Shown piece after piece: positions 34,919-43,513 of a stretch of 51,351 nucleotides of DNA. The DNA is from Pseudomonadales bacterium. GTDB taxonomy: Bacteria; Pseudomonadota; Gammaproteobacteria; Pseudomonadales; DC-out160. Positions within the stretch are counted from its first letter, which is position 1. Every line of letters starts with the position of its first letter. Position numbers and translations under genes: made by a program. A model generated the notes under the pieces. That model had not been told where the DNA came from. It made no database searches and worked only from the letters and a program-made list of their open reading frames with translations. The DNA lies in assembly GCA_016765265.1 (NCBI GenBank), contig JAESQG010000001.1, positions 1-51,351 on the forward strand. Direction: 5' to 3'.

Positions 34919-35346
34919 TGGTTGCTACCTTGCTGCTGGGTGGTGCGGGCTCTGTTTTTTATGGCGGCCATGATTTCTTTGATCGTGGTCCACGGGACAT
35001 TTATGTTTCGGGTGTATTCTTCTCCGTCCTCGCCAAACTCGGGGAACCCAAACGAAAACTCGCCCATGTACTCCCGCTTCGTTTCTCCAGATGCGGTCAA
35101 TGCGTCCTTGAACGCGGCGAGATTCTTTCGAGCATCCGAGGCACTCCACGCGAGTATTGCACGGCCAAGGCTTCCGCCTGCGATTCGGATCTCGCCGTCG
35201 TCCTCCGCTTTTTCAACCATCTCAACGGCTGACCTTGCCGCTGCTTCCGCTTTTTGGCAGCGACGGTTCAACCTCGCGTTTGTATTTCGAGTCGCGGCGA
35301 GTTCGGTGGTGAGGCGGTCGATGGTTGCTTGCTCATGGTCAGTCAT
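34915..35346 (-). CDS. Hypothetical protein
   Basis: Starts MTDHEQ inside the conserved junction GGAGATCAAAGATGACTGACC; 143 aa. Confidence 0.55.
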   Translation of the reverse strand: MTDHEQATIDRLTTELAATRNTNARLNRRCQKAEAAARSAVEMVEKAEDDGEIRIAGGSLGRAILAWSASDARKNLAAFKDALTASGETKREYMGEFSFGFPEFGEDGEEYTRNINVPWTTIKEIMAAIKNRARTTQQQGSNQ

Positions 35347-35518
35347 CTTTGATCTCCTTCTGTTTATTGAACCATCTCATACACAAATGACAATCCCACC
35401 TATCTTTTCTAAGGAATTTACCTATTCGGGAGAGGTTCCAGCGTTTACTCACATTGTAAGATCCGCAATGGGGGCAAATAATGGTCGGTAGTCCTCTGAT
35501 TGTTTCTTGGTCATTCAT
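35339..35518 (-). CDS. Small zinc-ribbon protein
   Basis: Starts MNDQETI at the conserved junction. CPHC...CHLC pairs are present. The track ORF extends to 35599. Confidence 0.5.
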   Translation of the reverse strand: MNDQETIRGLPTIICPHCGSYNVSKRWNLSRIGKFLRKDRWDCHLCMRWFNKQKEIKDD

Positions 35519-35870
35519 CTTTGATCTCCATGAGTTCGATTGCGAGGTTGATGACGGCGTAGCAGAAAGCGGGTCCTGATGCTTCGAGCATACAAACATG
35601 CTCCCCTCTTGCCGTGTGGATATGGAATACGGATTCGGAATCGGCTGTCATTATCAGGTCGTTATCCCACATAAGTTCGCGCAACAACGCCATCGCCGTG
35701 TCCGTGTCTTTGCGAGGGTCTTTGAACGAGCATCCATCCCTCCGTTTCTTCCACTCTGCAATCACCTCTGCGGTTGGTTTAGTTTGCGTTTTCTTATTAG
35801 CGGTTGAGGCTAATGAAGCAGGAGGCCGTTTGTCTAAATAGCGGTCGCCGGTTGATTCACTTGAGTTCAT
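35511..35870 (-). CDS. Hypothetical protein, paralog of 34568-34918
   Basis: GGAAGGATCAGCAA precedes the ATG at 35870 and overlaps the upstream stop. C-terminus AIELMEIKDE. Confidence 0.5.
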   Translation of the reverse strand: MNSSESTGDRYLDKRPPASLASTANKKTQTKPTAEVIAEWKKRRDGCSFKDPRKDTDTAMALLRELMWDNDLIMTADSESVFHIHTARGEHVCMLEASGPAFCYAVINLAIELMEIKDE

Positions 35871-36303
35871 TTGCTGATCCTTCCTGCTCGGCACATTTGT
35901 CGCATAGATACATACCGTCATGGATCACTGTTTTGTAGATTGCTCCGCAGTCGCACGCAACCTCGCTCGGTTGGTCCTGCTTGGCGGCGAGGGCGGCTTT
36001 GCATTCATGCTCGATCTCACACATGTCCTCGAATAGCATGATGTCTTCACGGATCTCTTGTGTGGCATTTGCATACACGGCACGATCTAGTATCTTCTCC
36101 ACCACCGACTTCAACTCGGCGTTCTTGGTGCGGAGATCAGACAGTTGTAATCTTACACATTCAAGGTCGGTTTCAAGTGTTGCTTCTGCTGTTCGTAAAG
36201 CATCTTTGCTCTCGGCAAGTGCGGTGCGGAGAGATTGGATTTCAGAGCGTGCCATGCCGCACAATGGATTGGCTGAAAACAGCAGTTGTTGGTCAAGATT
36301 CAT
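35857..36303 (-). CDS. Coiled-coil protein with a C-terminal zinc ribbon
   Basis: AGGAGACGAAG lies before the ATG. CDCG...CDKC is near the C-terminus. Shares the segment RTKNAELKSVVEK with the next gene. Confidence 0.55.
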   Translation of the reverse strand: MNLDQQLLFSANPLCGMARSEIQSLRTALAESKDALRTAEATLETDLECVRLQLSDLRTKNAELKSVVEKILDRAVYANATQEIREDIMLFEDMCEIEHECKAALAAKQDQPSEVACDCGAIYKTVIHDGMYLCDKCAEQEGSANELK

Positions 36304-36312
36304 CTTCGTCTC

Positions 36313-36678
36313 CTATAGGTTGATCGAGGGCTTGGCGGCGACGGCGGCTTCGCGAGTTGAGTAGATGGACTCACAAACAGACCCATGAATCTGGAAATAC
36401 ACACCAATTCCAGACCCATCATCAATGTACTCGAAGTTTACAGACCCATCCAGAATAGCCTCAACCACTACTGCGGTTATTTCTCCATCTCTGGAATGGA
36501 CAAGGTATTGGCCCGGCGTGATAGCCACACCGTCCCCCGTCTTGGGCAACTTCTCCACCACCGCCCGCAACTCGGCGTTCTCGGTGCGGAGAGTCTCATT
36601 TAGATCACATATCAACTTTGCGGTTGCTTCTACATTAGAGAGCCGCATCTCTATCTCAGTCAGTGTTTCACTTTCCAT
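36313..36678 (-). CDS. Coiled-coil protein (partial paralog of 35857-36303)
   Basis: AAAGGAG lies 6 nt before the second ATG (36678). Contains the segment RTENAELRAVVEK. Confidence 0.5.
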   Translation of the reverse strand: MESETLTEIEMRLSNVEATAKLICDLNETLRTENAELRAVVEKLPKTGDGVAITPGQYLVHSRDGEITAVVVEAILDGSVNFEYIDDGSGIGVYFQIHGSVCESIYSTREAAVAAKPSINL

Positions 36679-36949
36679 CTTCATCTCCTTTGGGTTGGGC
36701 GAGGGCTTGGAGGGCTATCCGACTCATCGCTTCGGGTGTTGGTGTGAGCACTAGGGTTTTCCATCTTGTATCTGTCTCAGTTGTGATCTTTACCAATGCC
36801 ACTCGGTACCTCTCACACTCCGCCCGGCTCGCGGCGAGTTGGTCATGGACAACTTGCTCGCAGATTATCGAACAAGTTATCTCGCTGCCTTGAACCACCT
36901 TGGAACATACCGGACACTTGGGAGCCGTTGAGAACATATCAACCATCAC
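36668..36949 (-). CDS. Small Cys-containing hypothetical protein
   Basis: 93 aa with CPVCSKVVQGSEITCSIIC. Confidence 0.45.
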   Translation of the reverse strand: MMVDMFSTAPKCPVCSKVVQGSEITCSIICEQVVHDQLAASRAECERYRVALVKITTETDTRWKTLVLTPTPEAMSRIALQALAQPKGDEDGK

Positions 36950-37251
36950 GCACCACCCTTCTCTTCTTTGAGTATTTCAAGCACCGTTGCAATGATTTGG
37001 TCGCGGATCACGAGTATGCCGAGGATTACGAAAATCATATCTATAACGGATCCGTACCGAGATTCTGCATCATTGTTCCACTCGAAGAGTGTGTTTTGCA
37101 AAATATAGAATACAATCAGTATAACGAAAAAAACGATCGACCTCTTTCCGTACTTGTTCATTCTGTTTCCTTTCGTTGGGTGTTGATCGAGTTGGCGAGG
37201 ATGATGCGTTGCCCCGATCCCGTCGCACACGCTGGCGTAGTTGATGGTCAT
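36946..37251 (-). CDS. Small membrane protein
   Basis: Two hydrophobic segments (SIVFFVILIVFYIL and MIFVILGILVI). ATG 37251 overlaps the methylase stop (ATGA). An alternative start at 37161 follows AAAGGAAACAGA. Confidence 0.5.
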   Translation of the reverse strand: MTINYASVCDGIGATHHPRQLDQHPTKGNRMNKYGKRSIVFFVILIVFYILQNTLFEWNNDAESRYGSVIDMIFVILGILVIRDQIIATVLEILKEEKGGA

Positions 37252-37985
37252 AGGGTGGCACCTGCTTCAAGCAGGCCCTCGCTTGCAAGCCTCGCGTTCG
37301 CCGATTCAACATATTCGGGATTTGTATCGCATCCAATATACCGACGACCGAGGCGCAACGCCACCCGAGCGAGCGATCCAGATCCGGAAAACTGTTCTGC
37401 AACAAGATCGCCTACATTGGTGTAGGCGTGTACCAGTGTTTCAAGCGGCTCGGGCGGGAGTTGGCATGGATGCCACTTCACACGGTCATTGCTTGTGCCC
37501 TGGAGCCGCCTGACAGTCCAAACATCACCTGGCACACGCGGACCCGCAGCCCGCTTATCACCAGCGATCATCCGCTGAGAAGGGACACGGATATTCTCGG
37601 TGTTCCAAGTGTTTTTGTCGAGCCCGAATCGCTGATGAATGAACAGGTGTCGATGTTCGTTAGTGAACTTGCGATCAGTGTACTGGGCAAATCGCTCTTG
37701 CCAGATAATCCGATTGATCCGTGTTCCAATAAACTCGGTCATCGCTCGCCCGGCATCGTCGGCCCATGATTCAGAAATCAGCAAGGCGACTACGCCGCCC
37801 GGACGAACACACTCGGAGGCCGACAAGATCCATTCACGAAGCGCGAATAGGTATCCGTATTTGCTCATAGCGTCGGATTCGTCTTTCCCGTAGTCCACAC
37901 CAAGGTTGTACGGCGGGTCAAGGAACACTAGGTCGGCGTTTGGTGCGATTGATTTGATGTCGTTGGCGTTGTGTTCAAGGATCAT
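37248..37985 (-). CDS. DNA methyltransferase, beta-class N6-adenine (or N4-cytosine) type
   Basis: DLVFLDPPYNLG (motif IV, DPPY) is near the N-terminus and FSGSGSLARVALRLGRRYIGCD (motif I, FxGxG) near the C-terminus. Confidence 0.85.
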   Translation of the reverse strand: MILEHNANDIKSIAPNADLVFLDPPYNLGVDYGKDESDAMSKYGYLFALREWILSASECVRPGGVVALLISESWADDAGRAMTEFIGTRINRIIWQERFAQYTDRKFTNEHRHLFIHQRFGLDKNTWNTENIRVPSQRMIAGDKRAAGPRVPGDVWTVRRLQGTSNDRVKWHPCQLPPEPLETLVHAYTNVGDLVAEQFSGSGSLARVALRLGRRYIGCDTNPEYVESANARLASEGLLEAGATL

Positions 37986-38368
37986 GCCGCACCGCCGATC
38001 CGCTCAATCACAAGCTCCACGCGCGGGTTCTTGCGATCAACCTCGCACCAATAGCCGTGATCTTCTTTGATGAGGCAGTCGTTTTCAATCACCCCAGCGT
38101 TCTCAATCCCATCCCGATACGCCTTGCGATGGTTGTCGATGTCTCTCTTTTTCAAGTCGGGCGGGTAGAAGCGCTCTGTCACCTTCACGGTTCCAAGAAC
38201 CGATGGGTTTCCGTCGGCGATGACGATTTCTAGCACGGCCTGTTTGTACGCTCGCCCCTTGGCACTGAGTATTTGAGTCGCGTGCTTCCCTCGGACGATT
38301 GCCCGGTAGTACCCATTAACCGACGGGGGCCAAGGGAGTGTGATTTCGATGCGCGCTGCGGTGGTCAT
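37982..38368 (-). CDS. rusA: RusA-family Holliday junction resolvase
   Basis: ITLPWPPSVNGYYR, KGRAYKQAV and KKRDIDNHRKAYRDGIENAGVIENDCLI match RusA signature blocks. Confidence 0.8.
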   Translation of the reverse strand: MTTAARIEITLPWPPSVNGYYRAIVRGKHATQILSAKGRAYKQAVLEIVIADGNPSVLGTVKVTERFYPPDLKKRDIDNHRKAYRDGIENAGVIENDCLIKEDHGYWCEVDRKNPRVELVIERIGGAA

Positions 38369-38580
38369 GCGGCCCTCCGATTGTGGTGGTCGTCAACATC
38401 AACCTGGAACATGGCTTTGTCAACGCCAATCGCCGCAAGCTCGTAAGCAAGATCGTCCTGGACGCGACCGTTGGTGACCCGGAAGGGGTCGCCGTATTTG
38501 ACTGGTCCGTCAACGCCCGTCCACTTTACGATGGGCTTGTACTCAAATCTGACACTCGCCGGTTGTATTCTTGATCTCAT
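38365..38580 (-). CDS. Small hypothetical protein
   Basis: The internal ATG at 38580 overlaps the upstream stop (ATGA). The track ORF extends to 38676. Confidence 0.4.
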   Translation of the reverse strand: MRSRIQPASVRFEYKPIVKWTGVDGPVKYGDPFRVTNGRVQDDLAYELAAIGVDKAMFQVDVDDHHNRRAA

Positions 38581-39008
38581 ATCAGCCCCCTCTGCGGTGC
38601 AAACGATTCCTCTGGTGACAAATAATGCGGGCCATTCATCCCGACCGAATTGGGCAACTTGCTTTCCTTGAAACACCAGATAAAGAATGCGTTTGATGGG
38701 TCAACGACTTCGTGCTCGGGCGGATAAACCTCGTATCCAACCCATCCGGGTCCAGCGATCTCGTTCTTGATTCTTTGGAACTCTCGCCAGTCTCTCCGTG
38801 CGCTTTGGTCATCGTTGACGATCATTATTAATCCTGCTGTGCGATCTTCAGAAAACTCCGCGTATGCGGTGTAGTGCTCGTTTTCGTATTCGATCCGGAT
38901 TCCGTTGTGGAATCTGGTTGCGGACCCCTCCGCAATCTTCTTTAGCGGTGTCCATTTGCGCGGCTTTGGATCATTTGGTTTGATTCCTTTTACATTTTTC
39001 CAGCTCAT
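38577..39008 (-). CDS. Hypothetical protein
   Basis: AAAGGAATCTG lies before the ATG at 39008 (MSWKNVKG). Confidence 0.5.
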   Translation of the reverse strand: MSWKNVKGIKPNDPKPRKWTPLKKIAEGSATRFHNGIRIEYENEHYTAYAEFSEDRTAGLIMIVNDDQSARRDWREFQRIKNEIAGPGWVGYEVYPPEHEVVDPSNAFFIWCFKESKLPNSVGMNGPHYLSPEESFAPQRGLI

Positions 39009-39085
39009 CAGATTCCTTTCTGTGTGTGAATCCGCCCGCCGATGTCCGCCGCAAACTCCGCGTCCGCGATGGGTTTGGTTTGCGT

Positions 39086-39361
39086 TCACCCGCGACCATC
39101 GTCAATCCCTAGATTCCTGGAAACAGACTCAAGAGAACAGATGCAACAGGCCGTAATCGACTTAAACTCATTGATGGACGCTACTTGCACCCCACCAACC
39201 GGGCAATCTTCTTTGCCGTCAAATCGGATAAACAAAAAACTGCCATATCGAGTCTGCATCTCATTCATTATCTCACTGTTCGAGGCGAGATCCAAGAATA
39301 CTGGGGCCTCCTGCTTGACGACCTCTTGGATGACCTGTTTCTTTTTCCTTCTGAAAATCAT
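39086..39361 (-). CDS. Small hypothetical protein (start uncertain; alternative ATG at 39268)
   Basis: A 91-aa ORF. If it starts at 39361 it overlaps the upstream ORF by 89 nt. Confidence 0.35.
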   Translation of the reverse strand: MIFRRKKKQVIQEVVKQEAPVFLDLASNSEIMNEMQTRYGSFLFIRFDGKEDCPVGGVQVASINEFKSITACCICSLESVSRNLGIDDGRG

Positions 39362-39518
39362 GCTTGTCCTTTGCTGCTTGCCAACCCTCGTTGAACCATT
39401 GTTCTTTTTGATCCCGAGGCACAGCGATACACCCCGCGCCCTGATGGTACTTCTTCCACCCGTAGGTGTGCCACTTCTCGTACAATAATCGGTCTTTGGG
39501 TTTACAAAGGCCCGTCAT
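39273..39518 (-). CDS. Small hypothetical protein
   Basis: The start overlaps the upstream stop (ATGA). Trp/Lys-rich, 81 aa. Confidence 0.4.
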   Translation of the reverse strand: MTGLCKPKDRLLYEKWHTYGWKKYHQGAGCIAVPRDQKEQWFNEGWQAAKDKHDFQKEKETGHPRGRQAGGPSILGSRLEQ

Positions 39519-39715
39519 CGTTCACCCCTTATCTTGCGGACGATCTCGCCACTGGTCATCACCGACTTTGGATCGACCCAAACGGTTGAGCCGTCCGATT
39601 CGCCCTTGTCATTGACCGGCTCGACCTGAACCGTATCGCCGAACACGGAACCCCCGTACCTGTCGTCCGCCTTCCATCGTACCCGCACATACACGACTTG
39701 TCCACTTACTACCAC
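39515..39715 (-). CDS. Small hypothetical protein
   Basis: GTG start 5 nt after GAGGAAG; 66 aa. Confidence 0.45.
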   Translation of the reverse strand: MVVSGQVVYVRVRWKADDRYGGSVFGDTVQVEPVNDKGESDGSTVWVDPKSVMTSGEIVRKIRGER

Positions 39716-39725
39716 TTTTTCTTCC

Positions 39726-41366
39726 TCACTTTCTTGAATAGCCGCCGAATCGGCGAGACATGATGCTTGAAGCCTTCTTCTTGCTCATCACCCGCAACTC
39801 GACCTTTGAGTACCCTTGCCTGTTGAGCCACAACGCTTGCTTGACCGTGCAAAGCCCGTCCGCGTGCCGATCCTGCACCAGCCTTGTTGTCCGCCGCGCC
39901 ATCTCGCCATCCCACAGTTCAACCTTTTCCTTCTTGAATCCGGCGGCAACCAGGTACGCGCACTGGCACTCGCTCGGGATATCCACCCTCGACTCCGTAG
40001 CGATCTGAAACTCGCGTTTGTTGAACAGGTCGGTGCGCTGCATCCCGTACTCAACCTTGATCTCCACCGGGGCGTTCTCGCGCTCGTACCGCAACCGTTC
40101 CTCGTATTCTTCCTCGGCCTTCTCAAGCAACTCACTGGTATCGGCCAACTCCCCATCGCCGTCATCTAACTCATTAGCAATCTCGCCAACCTCGGGCGGG
40201 GCCATATCGCCCGCAAGCACATGCTGGGGGCCAATAAGGTTCATGGCACCGTTGCGACCCACAAACGAGATGACCTCGACATACGGCTTGGAAGAAGTAG
40301 TGATCGCATTGACACGATCCTCAGGGCTGTCCAATCCATCCACAATTCCCGTTAGTGGTCGCAAGCCTCGACCGACACATTGTGTGAAAAGACTCCACGA
40401 CTTCGTTGGCCGGCACATGGCTACTACCTGAATACCGGGCGAATCGAACCCGGTAGTCAGCACGGCACAGTTGCATAGGTATTGAAACTCATCATTCTCA
40501 TAGGCCGCAAGGATCTGTTTTCGCTCAGGCTCGGGCGTGCCACCGTGAATCACCCTTGCGCACATAGGCCGTTTGTTGTTCAAGTTGGCGGCCACAAGTT
40601 CGGCGTGCGAAACTCTTGCACAAAATACGAGTGTTCGTTTATTCTCGCAATGCCTAAGAAGGGTGCCAACCATCTCCAGAAGTGGACCCTCTTTTTCTGC
40701 TTTTTCAGCGATCTCGTTCGCTGTCCAATCCCTGCCGCCCTTGATTGGTTTCAACTCAAAACTTTTTACAACCGAAACCATACCCATAATGGGCACCAGC
40801 CAGCCATCCTTGATCGCCGCGCGGATATCGTAGCGGTAGAAGCATTCCTTGTACAACTGGCCGAGCGAAAGCCCGTCAGCACGCTTGGGAGTCGCGGTGT
40901 ACCCACACATCCGCATCTTGGGGTTGCCGTCAAGGAAGTACCGCACGGTCTCGATGGTCGAAGGCGTGATCGTGAGATGGGCCTCGTCGATCAGCATCCG
41001 ATCAAAGTGCATCGGATTGAACCGCTCATACCGCTTGCGATCCTTGCCAGAGCGCAACGACTGGATCGTAGCAATGACTACATCGGCGGCATTCGGCCCT
41101 TTGGTCACGGCGTACATATCGGCTTGCTCAAGGTCGGGCCAGATATTCAACCGCTGATTGATCCGCTTGGCCGTCTGCGAGACAAGGTTGATGCGATCGA
41201 CAAGGATGATGGTTTTCAACCCCTGCTCACGCGCAATACTGATCTCATGGATGAACATCTCCGTCTTACCCGTGCCTGTCGGGGAAACGACCAGTCCGGT
41301 TTGGTGCTTCTTCCACCCCTCGTGAACAGCATCGCCCGCCTCGATTTGGTAGGGTCGACGGATCAT
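39726..41366 (-). CDS. Superfamily 2 DEAH-box helicase
   Basis: VSPTGTGKT (motif I), LIDEAHL (II), GYTATP (III), QCVGRGLR (VI). 546 aa with a ~120-aa C-terminal extension. Confidence 0.85.
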   Translation of the reverse strand: MIRRPYQIEAGDAVHEGWKKHQTGLVVSPTGTGKTEMFIHEISIAREQGLKTIILVDRINLVSQTAKRINQRLNIWPDLEQADMYAVTKGPNAADVVIATIQSLRSGKDRKRYERFNPMHFDRMLIDEAHLTITPSTIETVRYFLDGNPKMRMCGYTATPKRADGLSLGQLYKECFYRYDIRAAIKDGWLVPIMGMVSVVKSFELKPIKGGRDWTANEIAEKAEKEGPLLEMVGTLLRHCENKRTLVFCARVSHAELVAANLNNKRPMCARVIHGGTPEPERKQILAAYENDEFQYLCNCAVLTTGFDSPGIQVVAMCRPTKSWSLFTQCVGRGLRPLTGIVDGLDSPEDRVNAITTSSKPYVEVISFVGRNGAMNLIGPQHVLAGDMAPPEVGEIANELDDGDGELADTSELLEKAEEEYEERLRYERENAPVEIKVEYGMQRTDLFNKREFQIATESRVDIPSECQCAYLVAAGFKKEKVELWDGEMARRTTRLVQDRHADGLCTVKQALWLNRQGYSKVELRVMSKKKASSIMSRRFGGYSRK

Positions 41367-41635
41367 TCAGGCTGCTCGGTCAACGCCTCGTGAGCAATGT
41401 CCGAAACGATCTGTATATTCTCAGCAACACCAATCCGATAGTCGATTGGGTGAATGTCAATCAAAGTAAGAGCGTTGCGAAACTTCTTTTCAATCGCTTC
41501 AAGATCAAAAATACGATCGACAAGGGATTGAACAAGAAGGTTGATACTGTACTTGAGTTTTTCATCCGAAGACTCTTTTGTCACATTTCCATTTTCATCA
41601 AACTCAAGCGTTGGCTCATTTCCTAGAATCATCAC
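41363..41635 (-). CDS. Small acidic hypothetical protein
   Basis: 90 aa, coupled at both ends; the stretch is locally AT-richer. Confidence 0.45.
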   Translation of the reverse strand: MMILGNEPTLEFDENGNVTKESSDEKLKYSINLLVQSLVDRIFDLEAIEKKFRNALTLIDIHPIDYRIGVAENIQIVSDIAHEALTEQPE

Positions 41636-42513
41636 GCACCCCCGATCGCTTCTTCATCCCGCTGCAAGCTCTTTGCTTGTTCGGCGAACAGCAACCCGCT
41701 CTGCTTGCACGAATGGCACCCGGCACCCTTGCACAGATCGCACTCGTCCACCGGCTCACACCCGGCGACAATGGCACCGATATCATCCAGCAAGCGATTG
41801 AGGACATTTGTGTGCCCCGCAATCATCACGCCCGAAGGCTCGTCGGCAAACTCTCGTACCGTCTTGCGAAACACACGGACAAGATTCTTGCACGCCTTGG
41901 TGTACTCACGGCCAATCGCAATGCCATTTCCGACCGTTGCATTGCTCCGCTCGATTTGCTCATTATCGCCGATTTCCTGCGTTTCTGGATCGTCAGAGGC
42001 GTTCTTCTTGGCAAAACTTTCCAAGCCAGAATCTCCAAAATCACCTTGCGGGATATGCTCACGGTCCTTGCGGATATTGGCAACCGTGGTGTGCGAACAT
42101 CCAACCAACTCGGCGACCTCGCGGGTGGTGGCGTACTTTCCAAACCGGCCTTTGGCAATCCGATCGAACAAGTTGATCGCTTTGAGGCGGTCCTGCTTGG
42201 TCATCGGCAAGCCGTGGATCGTGTTGCCGTGGATCGCTGCCCGGACGATATCAATCGCGTCCCCATCGCCCTCGACCGAACAACTGATCTTCTTGAGCCC
42301 GAGTTGCTTGGCGGCGGCGATGCGGTGGAATCCGTCGGCCAGGATATACTCGTTGCCAACCTTGAATATCAGAACAGGCGGGAATGTATCACCTTCCTGC
42401 ATACGCTCGGCATAATGCTCGATCTGGTCGATATTCATCGTGACACGAATCTGTGTCTCGGTACTGGTACTGATTTCGTCGATATTGATGACCGACTTGT
42501 TGAGTAGTGCCAT
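41632..42513 (-). CDS. ParB N-terminal-domain (sulfiredoxin-like) protein with HTH and a C-terminal CxxCxGxGCxxC cluster
   Basis: FPPVLIFKVGNEYILADGFHRIAAAKQLG is ParB-like (DGxHR box). TTREVAELVGCSHTTVANI is an HTH. ECDLCKGAGCHSCKQSG lies near the C-terminus. Start at MALLNKS (the track ORF extends to 42570). Confidence 0.65.
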   Translation of the reverse strand: MALLNKSVINIDEISTSTETQIRVTMNIDQIEHYAERMQEGDTFPPVLIFKVGNEYILADGFHRIAAAKQLGLKKISCSVEGDGDAIDIVRAAIHGNTIHGLPMTKQDRLKAINLFDRIAKGRFGKYATTREVAELVGCSHTTVANIRKDREHIPQGDFGDSGLESFAKKNASDDPETQEIGDNEQIERSNATVGNGIAIGREYTKACKNLVRVFRKTVREFADEPSGVMIAGHTNVLNRLLDDIGAIVAGCEPVDECDLCKGAGCHSCKQSGLLFAEQAKSLQRDEEAIGGA

Positions 42514-42533
42514 TATGTCTTTCTGTGTGTGAT

Positions 42534-42566
42534 AAAAACCCCGCCCGCAGTACAGTACGGACGGGG
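42534..42566 (-). terminator. Intrinsic terminator inside the minus-strand early block
   Basis: In minus-strand sense: CCCCGTCCG-tactgtactg-CGGGCGGGG followed by TTTTT. It sits just after the stop of the 42580-42795 gene and before the ParB-like start. Confidence 0.65.
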
Positions 42567-42579
42567 CCAAGAAGAGAGA

Positions 42580-42795
42580 TCAAAAATCGGATTGCAGTTT
42601 CTCTGCACGGATAGTGTACTCGGTTTGAGAAACCTTTGATTGAAGTGCAGCCCCGGCTGCCATGAGATTATGGATCGCCATCTTGTGCGCGTCACTCAAA
42701 TCAAGCTCCAAATCGGCCTTGCAAGAGGTAATCAGCAGTTCCATTCGCTTGCGTGTGACACGGATATCGTCCATTTTTGGGTGCTTACTCGGCAT
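42580..42795 (-). CDS. Small hypothetical protein
   Basis: AGGAGAAGAATA precedes the ATG at 42795 and overlaps the ERF stop; 71 aa. Confidence 0.5.
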   Translation of the reverse strand: MPSKHPKMDDIRVTRKRMELLITSCKADLELDLSDAHKMAIHNLMAAGAALQSKVSQTEYTIRAEKLQSDF

Positions 42796-43513
42796 TATTC
42801 TTCTCCTGTTTCGCGCCTTCACGCTTGATCCACTTGCCAATCTGTGGCGACCAGCGATCGGGCCAGTTCTCTACGGCTGAATCCACTTCAGCCGCGTCCA
42901 TGTTCTTGAGCCCCTTGAGATACTCGCGGAGCCCGCCAAGCGTCTGCCCGGCACCCGACACCGCTTCGAGCAACTTGGCGGCGCGCTCGGGGCCGATTGG
43001 CTCTCTGATCGACTCGGGCTGCTGTTGTTTGACTCTCGCAGCCGTTGATTGCTTGCTAGGGCTCCCTTGCTGTCTGCCCGACGCACGGTTGCCGTCGTCG
43101 TCATCCTCAGTGGCAATGCCAAACAGGGATGAGAGTTGATACCGCTTTCCATAGGTGATCGCCGAGCCAATGCCCTGCGCGTCGTTTTTGGTGATCTTGA
43201 TCTGCATACCCGCATCAAGATCAAGCATCTGCCCTGATTCATGATACAACACGGCACCGATCTTGATATATTCAGGTGTGACCGTTGGCGGCATGACCAA
43301 GGCAAGCCCGTTGGAAGCGAGAATCGGCTTTGTGTAGGCCAAGATTGCGTCCAAGGTGGCGTACTTGTTCTTGTGAAAGGTGTTCTCGCGGTCTTTGACA
43401 ACCGAGCCAATCTCACCCCATGACTTGACCATCGCCTTGATGACCAAATCTTGTGGCTCTTTCACTTCGCCGGTACTCTCGTTCACTGTTTCCAGTCCAA
43501 TATCAGGCATCAT
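42785..43513 (-). CDS. ERF-family single-strand annealing protein
   Basis: KNKYATLDAILAYTKPILASNGLAL and GSAITYGKRYQLSSLFGIATEDDDDGN match ERF signature regions. Confidence 0.7.
   Translation of the reverse strand: MMPDIGLETVNESTGEVKEPQDLVIKAMVKSWGEIGSVVKDRENTFHKNKYATLDAILAYTKPILASNGLALVMPPTVTPEYIKIGAVLYHESGQMLDLDAGMQIKITKNDAQGIGSAITYGKRYQLSSLFGIATEDDDDGNRASGRQQGSPSKQSTAARVKQQQPESIREPIGPERAAKLLEAVSGAGQTLGGLREYLKGLKNMDAAEVDSAVENWPDRWSPQIGKWIKREGAKQEKNNAE

Noticed and set aside
40482-42507. Plus-strand ORFs of 303 aa and 309 aa opposite the helicase and ParB-like genes
   Set aside because: The minus-strand frames carry clear helicase and ParB motifs. The plus-strand translations are low-complexity and Arg/Leu/Pro-rich, as expected for antisense frames.
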